Part shown: piece by piece, positions 55,137 through 64,000 of the stretch
How the letters are laid out: each line of letters begins with the position of its first letter
How positions within the stretch are numbered: the first letter of the stretch is position 1
Source: Octopus vulgaris
Taxonomy: Eukaryota
Reading direction: 5' to 3'
Length of the DNA stretch: 64,000 nt
Assembly: GCA_951406725.2 (NCBI GenBank)
Contig: OX597830.1
Coordinates: forward strand, 1,860,001-1,924,000
The notes under the pieces: model-generated
Seen by the model: only the letters and a program-made list of their open reading frames with translations
Databases searched by the model: none
Told to the model about the DNA's origin: nothing
Program-made: the position numbers and the translations under genes

Positions 55137-55292
55137 ATATATATATATATATATATATATAGGTGTGTGTGTGTGTGTGTATGTATGTTTGTATATATGT
55201 ATATATAAATATATGCACACATACGCACATACAAACATATATATAAACTCCGAGTAACAGCTTTTGTTAAATTTCTGCTGCTTTTGAATAAA

Positions 55293-55355
<63 letters not shown>

Positions 55356-55793
55356 TCTGTGTGTATGTATGTATAAAGGCATGTATGTATGTATGTAGGT
55401 GCTAAGTAGGTGCATATATATATATATTATCTACAGCAAATTTTGCTGTCAAACACAGATACATAAAATAAAGCCAGATTGTTTAAGTTTGATTATTAGA
55501 CAAAAGTTATTGGACAGAGGACAGAGCAGCAACTACACATACATATGTACACACACACACACACACATAAACATACACACACACACATATATATGATTGT
55601 TTCTCATATTAAACAGATGTATAGGTGTGTGACAGCTTTTCAATATTACTTGATATAAATCCACATCAAAGGATAAATACAGGATATAGACCACTGAATA
55701 ACTTCCTGTGATGACACATCATTTTTTTATTTTCATAACAAACAATACCAGTTGACTTGTTAATGACTTCTTCCTAACTGGTTATCAATCACT

Positions 55794-55846
<53 letters not shown>

Positions 55847-56089
55847 TCTGTTTCTGTCTGTCTGTCTTTTAATTTTTTTCTCAGGGAGTGTCATTTTATT
55901 TCTTTTTATTAACAATTTTTACATCACCCCACCTCCCTTTTTTGAGGATTTTTTTCTGTTTTGATACTGTTACAAATTTAATGTTTTTCATTTGGCATCC
56001 ACATCCAAGAACTCCATATATTTTCTCTTCCTTTTGCTTGTGTGTCTGGGTTCAATTATTTGTAGTGATGTTCGTACTTGAAAAGTATT

Positions 56090-56860
56090 ATCTAACCATT
56101 TCTTTGGTTCTTCCACTTTCTTGGGTTCACTCTCAACAAATCTTTCTTTTTAGTTGATTCATGTATCTCTTGAATACCCATTTTCTTCCTTTTACCAAGT
56201 ATAGCGTTTTCCCTATGCATTTGGTAATCATGCCATCTTCGCAACTTTGTTTTCCATTCCTAAATGCCTTAACAAATACATTTTCACCAACTTTGAAATA
56301 CCTTGCTCTATTATCCATTGTAATTTCTTCTTTTCCTACCAGGTAGCAGCAATTGATTTTATTTTCCTTCACAAACATCAGCTCTGCTGCTGACATACCT
56401 GCTGGTCTCTTTGGATTTGGTGTCATTCGGTATACTCTTAGGAGTTGTTGTAGTGCTACCTCATTCATGACTTCCTTATTCTTCTTTCTTAGGGCTCTCT
56501 TAAACGTATCGACAAAGCATTCTGCTTGTCTGAGATGATATCATGCTGTAGTTATATGTTCTATAGCGAATGTTTTACAAAACTTTTTAAACTGAAAAGA
56601 CACATATTGCATTCCATTATCAGACACTATAGGTGTCTGGGACACTAAATCTCATGTAGAAAGTTTGTCTTAGTTGAGGAAGTTGGCATTGTACACTTAG
56701 AAATTTCTGGCTATTTAGAGAATCTATCTACTATTACTAAGTAGTATGAACCATTTAAGGGACCAGCGAAATTAATGTGTAGTCTCCACCATGGAACATC
56801 TACTTTTGGCCAAGCTTCACTTTTTATTGCCAGTAATTTTGCAGCCTTTCAACCTCGAGA
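56090..56860 (-). pseudogene. Ty3/Gypsy LTR-retrotransposon integrase remnant
   Basis: Minus strand PWWRLHINFAGPLNGSYYLVIVDRFSK, QAECFVDTFKRAL, LRVYRMTPN..SAAELMF, FKVGENVFVK. Stops and frameshifts present; no LTRs recognised. Confidence 0.85.
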
Positions 56861-56951
56861 TACCAGAATGTCCAGCATGGAATTCCCTCAGCATTTTCTT
56901 TTGCTGTGTTTCAGCTATTATTACTCTCTGTGCATACGTCAGTACACTATA

Positions 56952-57085
56952 GGCGCAGGAGTGGCTGAGTGGTAAGTAGCTTGCCTACCAACCACATGGT
57001 TCCGGGTTCAGTCTACTATAGCCTCGGGACGACCAAAGCCTTGTGAGTGAATTTGGTAGACGGAAACTGAAAGAAGCCCGTCGTA

Positions 57086-57131
<46 letters not shown>

Positions 57132-57360
57132 AGTGTGTGTGTGTGTGTGTCTGTGTTTGTCCCCCTAGCATTGCTTGACTACCGATGCTGGTGTGTTTAT
57201 GTCCCCGTTACTTAGCGGTTCGGCAAAAGAGACCGATAGAATAAGTACTGGGCTTACAAAGAATAAGTCCCGGGGTCGATTTGCTCGACTAAAGGCGGTG
57301 CTCTTGCATGGCCGTAGTCAACTGACTGAAACAAGTAAAAGAGTAAAAGAGAGAGAGAGT
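56952..57360 (+). mobile_element. tRNA-derived SINE with internal (TA)n(TG)n
   Basis: A-box gtggctgagtggt, B-box-like gggttcagtc, and a 3' tail of (gtaaaaga)2(ga)n. Confidence 0.82.
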
Positions 57361-57801
57361 ATCGCAAATTGAGTATAGGTCCATGTCTTAGTTTTGTTTC
57401 ACACCAATCCTGTTCCTATTTATTAATCCTGTCCACAGTATTCTTTTCGTTTCTGTTATGAATTTGTCCTTTTCCACATTTCGTTTTACTTCTTCTAGGG
57501 TCACTGGAGCTGTGTTCGGTAGAAGAAGACGACACAAAGGGCAAATGGTTGATGGGACAGAGTTAAGAGCTTGATTTTTCTGGCTGCAATCAAACTTACA
57601 TCAAGTGTCTTGCATAGCAAATACAAAATCGAAATATGCATGTTTAGCTTATATATATGCACATAGATATACATGCATATATACATGCACACACTGACAT
57701 ACGTACATATATATATATATAAACACACACACACATATATATTTATATATATACACATAGATATACATGCACACACTGACATACGTGTACGTATGTATAT
57801 A

Positions 57802-57838
<37 letters not shown>

Positions 57839-57890
57839 TCAATTTGCGATAGATATACATGCACACACTGACATACGTGTATGTATCTAC

Positions 57891-57940
<50 letters not shown>

Positions 57941-57943
<3 letters not shown>

Positions 57944-59777
57944 ATAACAATAGAAATAATATAAATAATGATTTCAGCTCTAACAACGTCGACACCACTA
58001 TACTTAACAAAAATAATTTACGGACCAGGGGAGGCAATCGGAAACCAACACAGAAATACTCCCTTTAATGTAAATGGTAACACTCTGAACTATTTTAAGT
58101 TAAAAAAAACTATATCTGGTTTGTCATTCCTTTCGGGAAACAAATCAGGTCTAACCTCCCTTTACAGTTCCGTGAAGCCGTGGCTAGAAACTTGCCCAGG
58201 AATTCTAGGTATTACTCTACTATCAATTCGCATAAGGTAAGGATTGCATTCTCCAACACTAGAAATCTATCGAAGATCATTGCCTCCCATAATAACAAGC
58301 TGCTAAATAAGGACTCATCACCCGGGAGTAGCGACACTTCCCTTACCAATTCCAGCCAAACATACAATAATAATGATAATAGAAATAGTATTGATAATAG
58401 CAACATTCAATAGCAGCGTTGGCATTAACAATAGTAATATTAATAATAATATTAGTTGGATTATTAACAGTGGTAGTGGTAGTGGTAATAACGACAGCAT
58501 TTCTAATAACAGTTGTATTATTGATGATAACAACCCTAGCATTCCTATAGTCAGAGAAATTGCCGACGATATTACAATTAATAGTAATGATAATAATATG
58601 AATAGTATTGTGGTCAATGCTAGCAATAATATTAACACCAATCATAACAATAAAAACTTCGTCTTAGTCTCGGAGGTGAACCCTAACAGATTAAAGTTCT
58701 TATCCAGCAATTCCGAAATTAGAAATTCCATTTACCAGTGCAAAATTTCTTCCGGTACCGATGTCTTCTTCTACATTGGGGCAGCTACTTCTAAATTAGC
58801 CCACAGGATCTCCAATCATTATTCAACTTTCCGAGATAAGAGAAAACAACACAGCACAGGACTAAGTAAAATAGTTTGGCGTCTTAAGAACAGCAATACA
58901 ACTTTCAAGCTGGAATGGTCCATATTGTCTGTATCCTTTCCGTTTGATAAAGGCAGAAAATTTTGTGGCGTCTGTAATTCCGAATTTTTCCATATATTGT
59001 TCGCCAAAGTCCCTTTAATAAATACAATGTTCGAGAAATCCTATAGATGCATGCACTGGCAAAAACACACCTTTCACTCATATGAATAATGATTAATATA
59101 GATAACCTCCTTGAATTTTAATAATATAGTCCCATTTATATATCACCCCCATAGTCAATTTTTATACTCTTAAAGGACTACTACCCAATCCATTGAGGTA
59201 TGTTTTACCTTTGTCTCTCTAACTCGCCCTCCTCTCTCTCTCTTTCCCTCTCTCTATCGTAAGCACAACCAAACACACAGACACAAACCTGTCACTTCAC
59301 CACTGTCTGTTTTTGGCATCTACCCATCCACACACACAATCACGCACACACATAGCCATTAATGCAGTTATATACATACACACACATAGGCACTCATTCA
59401 CAAATGAATAAAGCAACAAAATCACCATTCATATGACCTGCACCCTTTCACCTTCCTATTCTTAGGTCTCTCTCTTCCAACCTTGTTTGAACCCTTGAAC
59501 CTTCTAGAATCTTCTACATTCAACCATTTTTGACGTCACTGCTTATAACGGAATATTTTAAAGAAACAGTCATTATCGCTATGGGCTCCGTGTGGGCAGT
59601 CATCTAAAAGTTTCTGTGCATCTTGATGCTGACATAAGTTCTTTGTTTTTCCTGATGAGAAGGCGGCATAATGCACCCCTTATTCCTTCGAAATTAGGAA
59701 TATGCAGCCTTCGAAACATATGTCGAAAATAAAGGAATTTTGTTAATTCGTCGTTCAACTCCATTCTTTCATTTATT

Positions 59778-59780
<3 letters not shown>
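57941..59780 (+). mobile_element. 5'-truncated Penelope-like element (linker, GIY-YIG endonuclease and terminal repeat)
   Basis: Linker WFVIPF..KVRIAFSNTRNLSKIIASHNNKLL. Endonuclease SIYQC..FYIG..RISNH..STGLSK..W..EWSIL..CGVCNSE..LIN..CMH (ORF ends at 59,089). Hammerhead downstream; (TA)n on both flanks. Confidence 0.88.
59641..59735 (+). ncRNA. Type I hammerhead ribozyme in the Penelope terminal repeat
   Basis: Stem I ttttc/gaaaa; core CTGATGA at 59,652-58; stem II gaaggcggcata/tatgcagccttc; GAAA at 59,713-16; palindromic stem III acatatgt; GUC cleavage triplet at 59,722-24. Confidence 0.85.
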
Positions 59781-59814
<34 letters not shown>

Positions 59815-61451
59815 GCATACACATACACAGTGAGGCAGCTGCAAAATAATCGAAACTATAAACAATGGAAAATAGCAAGGTCTTCGGCAGTCTCGTGTAT
59901 ATTTTCTCCCACATTCTTTACTATACATTCTCTGATATATATTCTTTAATACATATTCTCTTATAAAATGTTCCCTACATTCTCTAAGTAAAATCAAATG
60001 AACTTTTCATGTTTCACATTTTGTTGAGGAATACAGTAAATTCCCATATATTTATAAAGCGGATAGCCATAACTTAACCGCTCATCTTGTGAATCATGTA
60101 AATTATACGAACGAGACTCAATAGTAAGAATAATACTGCCATAGACGCGAAATTAGTTTACAATGGGGCCTTTAGAGACACCAGCTATTGATGGCCGAGC
60201 ATTGTATTCTCCCACTCAATAATAACAATACACAGCGTATACGATATCATATTAATGACGAAAGAGATATATGTGTCCATTAGAAAGTTAATGGCTAATT
60301 ACCTTTTGTACTAATGATATCGTCAAAGATATCAGATGTTGTTCTAATGATATTGTTAAATTAAACATACACAATACACAGACTAAGACCAATTACTTCT
60401 ATTGACTCTTTTATGGACAAATTTTACTGTTGTAGACCGTCATAACTTGCCTTGCATTCCAGATTTTATCGTTTCAGCTATTAAATTATCCAGCGCTGCT
60501 TAAATATTGAAGGCGAATTATTGTTACTATTACTACCATCAGTGTAAAAGGATTATCTGCTTGTATTTTTGTTTTCTTCTTTTCCTGTAATGAGTCAACC
60601 AGGTGTGTAGTTAACAGGCTTTCATGTTGTGATAAAACTTTCCATGATCTTATCTTGAAACCTTCAAAGGTCACACGATTCCTGCTCCCTATCTGCCATT
60701 GTTAATTATTGTTGCAGCTTCTATTAGCCAACCTTCAATCTCTCTAAACTAATACCAAGTGCAAAAAGAACTACAGCTGCTATGATCTGACTAAATCCAT
60801 CTTACTTCACCTTTTATAGTTACTTGCTATATAAGAAGACGTCTGAATCTTTACTTGGCACGCTAGATTTCAAAATCTGACGGGATAGTCATGACCAGGA
60901 TGTTTATGGTCATACATTTGTTCACCAACATTCGCAGCACAAGGTGTCTCATTGTACACTTTTGACCAGCTAGAAAAAGCAGCCAAGTTCTCATTAAATT
61001 GAGTTGATCAATAGGTCAGAGTCACGCCCAGCGCTTCTGGTAACAACTTGCACACCATAAGTCACATCCAGTCGTTCAGTGGGTCACCTACATGTCACAC
61101 GCTTGCCCCAATTACAATTGCTTTGAGACGACAACTTATTGCGTCACAAGGGTGCTACCATATGGTCATCCAATGTGTCAGATATAGCAGCCACATTTCT
61201 CTCAATTCACTTTCTACTATCTTATGCAAACAAGACCGAAATATTGTATAATGCAGTCCTGGATATAGCAAAAGATGGAATGGTCGGGATTGGAATGCTT
61301 TTGTTCGTTGGACACTCATTGCGGTGCTTATCGCGGGTTAAACCACAAAAGCAACAATTAATAAACTCGTCCTCATATTTAACTGAAAACTTTCAGGTAA
61401 CTTGTTACACAATTACACAATTTATCTCTCCTCCGTATATTCATGCATGCA

Positions 61452-61456
61452 ATCAT

Positions 61457-61490
<34 letters not shown>

Positions 61491-61548
61491 ATCATCATCA
61501 TCATCATCATCAACGTCTTTTTCGTCGTCATCGTCGTCATCATCATTA
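61452..61548. repeat. (CAT)n/(CGT)n microsatellite
   Basis: Direct sequence. Confidence 0.95.
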
Positions 61549-61821
61549 TCTACGTCTTTGTTGATGACGTCACCGTTGTCGTCAACGTCCTTGTGGTGAA
61601 GAAGTGCTTCTGGAGTCGACGGCTTCGATGTCTTTGTTGTCGCCCTATTCGTCGTCACCATTTCTTTAGTTCTGCATTTCCAAACTGCTACATTCGGATA
61701 GATCCATCACAACATCTCTCAACTTGTTACTGTCGTTTCTTATCTCGTTTTAGCGATCCATTCTTCTGAGATTATCATTCACTTCCTCTGCCTAATCTTC
61801 TTCTTGCTTAAGCTCTATTTA

Positions 61822-63015
61822 CAAGGCTGAGTCAAAAGTGTTTCTGGATTTTCATTGATGATTTTCAGCAATTCTATCTCCATATTATATCATTAATTTG
61901 TTACAACTTGTTCAATCGTTGCTGAATGTTTGTATAACATATAAACATTAATCATTTATTATTCATTTTACAGCTTTCATAATGGGTGGGGGGGAAACTT
62001 GCAATTAGAGCCATTTTATTCTACCTGTAGGAAAACGGACTGAGTGAAGAGGCAGCAGCAAAAGAAATTAATGCCATGGAAGGTCCAGGAACCATCAACG
62101 AACGTGTGGTACAAAACTGGTTCAGAGGTTTCAAAGAAGTAGACACCGGCCTTGAAGGTAAATCGAGGTCATGGAGACCTGTTGTGGAAGGTGAGGCCGT
62201 GATTGAAAGGGTTGAAAAACAAACTAAGCACAAGCACTCGTACACTACCGGAAGAACTTGACCCTTTACAAAGCACCTTCAACCGACACATCCTTAAGCT
62301 CGGCCTTGTGAACAGATGCCTTCGAAAATCTCGACGACGTGTGAACATTTGTAAAGAGCTTCTGGCAAATCCTCGAGATGCCCGTTTTCGGTGTCGAATT
62401 GTAAGAGAGAATGTTAAATGGATATTTTTGCATGATTTCAGCAAGAGAAATTAGTGGTATTGTCCCAGTCAGGTTTTAGAACCTGTGGTCAAACAAGGGT
62501 GGTTTGAGTAGAAGATCATGTTGTGAATTTGATGAAATTTGGGGGGAATTTTGCTCTTTGCGCTTGTCCCAGATGGTTATGCTGCGAACGCTAACCTTTA
62601 TGCTTAAAACCTGCAGTGAATGTATGATGTTTTGAAAGCTTACTACTGAGCATCAGTCAATCAAAGATGCAAACTCCAACAGTATGACAATGTCCCATCA
62701 CACTCTACCAATGTAATTAAATACAGTTGGAAGTCTCACTTTTCACTATCAGACTCTAACCCTTTCCGAGCCATGGTTCATTTTCTACACGGAACGAGGT
62801 TTAACAATGTCAATGAGACTGAAAACGAATGAAGAGTGTTTTTTGCCTCCAAACCAATCAAATGATACAAGCATGGACTTGAGCTTCTGACATAACGATG
62901 ACAATGGACAATGGAATGTGATACGATATATTTTGATGAATAAATGCTTTGTGTGTGTAATTTGTTTCAGTAATAAATTAAAGCTTGAAATACGAAAACT
63001 TTTGACTCGGCGTGG
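61822..63015 (+). mobile_element. Mariner DNA transposon, full-length but dead (transposase pseudogene about 61,982-62,943)
   Basis: Degenerate TIRs caaggctgagtcaaaagt and acttttgactcggcgtgg, with TA at the left end. HTH region INERVVQNWFRGF..LEGKSRSWRP, and decayed IVRENVKWI (TGDEKW), YDNVPSH (HDNARPH) and LSDSNPFRAM (PSDYHLFRS). Confidence 0.88.
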
Positions 63016-64000
63016 TGCTTCTCATTTCTGACACTTTTCGCCCAACTCCTATACACAACTTCCCTCTGCTGCCTTAATTACGCTCTGACACCTCATTTAC
63101 TTCTGCTTTATTTTAAAAATACTTTTATATTATTTATTTCAAGCAATTAAAGTTTCTTTACTGGAAAATCGCACTCTGTGCATGTGTGCAGTTCGTGTGA
63201 ATACTAATATTTTCAGTGACTTATCTACTCCGTCAACACGACATGAATTATTACTATATTAGCTTGGTTTTTAAACTAATTATTTTTGTTTAATAAAACA
63301 CGTTCATGGTCTCTCATTAAAAATCAGTAAAACATCAATTAAAATGATGAAATCTGTTTGTTTTTTTAAATAATCAATTCGGAAACTAATTTACAACATT
63401 AACAATTATGCATTTATATATTTTTTAGCTAATTTATGTATAGGTTCTTCCTATATGATACCAAAACAAATTGTTAGATTATAAAGAATAATGAAAAAAA
63501 GAGAGAGAGAGATTAGTATTGGAGATGATAATGATAATAATAATAATGAAATTATTGAAAATTTCAACCAAGCAAATGTAGGGCCCAGTGAATGGACGGT
63601 GGTATGGCGATTCTTTGCTTTTCTGCTCTAAACATGAAAAATTAGAAAGTAATTATGCACTGATTGTCATCAAAATCAACGACAAACAAAATCAGTCATA
63701 AATCCCTGATTGATGTCCGAGATTGATCTGATACAGGAATTATAAACAAAATGAAACTATTTCCCGCAACAAAATTGAAGAAATCCCTGGTGGGTGTATA
63801 TAGAATTCAGAAGCCCCAACTAAGGAATTTACGTATTATACATACAGTTTACCAATGACATTGTCAGACAAAATATTCCAGAGCACACATTCACGCACCA
63901 GCTTCCACAAATGGTTAATATCAAGTTTAACTCAATTTAGATGGGAACCTGAAAACATTCTAACAAAAATCAAATCAAATGAAACAGATGCAATGATAGA

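Noticed and set aside
56952-57015. tRNA gene
   Set aside because: A- and B-box-like motifs are present but there is no cloverleaf; it is the head of a SINE.
57655-57895. Three copies of a roughly 30-bp motif (agatatacatgcacacactgacatacgt) separated by (TA)n, superficially repeat-spacer-like
   Set aside because: The spacers are simple dinucleotide runs, consistent with local slippage duplication.
59815-59910. Possible minus-strand ribozyme next to the Penelope end
   Set aside because: The core reads CTGCCGA rather than CTGANGA, and no matching GAAA or stem arrangement was found.
37839-61769. Poly-I/Y/L/N/H and (YI)n, (SL)n ORFs
   Set aside because: Translations of (TAA)n, (TA)n, (TC)n and (CAT)n microsatellites.

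Overview
AT-rich eukaryotic (animal) genomic DNA, with no prokaryotic operon or CRISPR signal. The SINE/MITE families and microsatellite load resemble octopus/cephalopod repeats; this is recall, not a search result. Bases 1-~30,200 are a 21-bp satellite (GAATTCAAATTTGATTGCAAA)n with a 100-N scaffold gap, higher-order variant blocks and a unit built of three palindromes. All long IAKNSNL/CKEFKFD/LQSNLNS ORFs come from it. Bases 30,200-64,000 are mostly decayed transposons. They include an RTE LINE inserted in a SINE with an 11-bp TSD, and a 10-kb same-strand train of six divergent R4/Dong-type (RLE) non-LTR retrotransposon copies separated by (TAA)n, one near full length. Also present are RTE, CR1/L2-like, Tx1-like and Gypsy fragments, tRNA-SINEs, fold-back elements, a Penelope-like GIY-YIG element with a type I hammerhead ribozyme, and a dead mariner. 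Two or three small candidate host exons lie at 49.3-51.6 kb. No intact protein-coding gene can be named.
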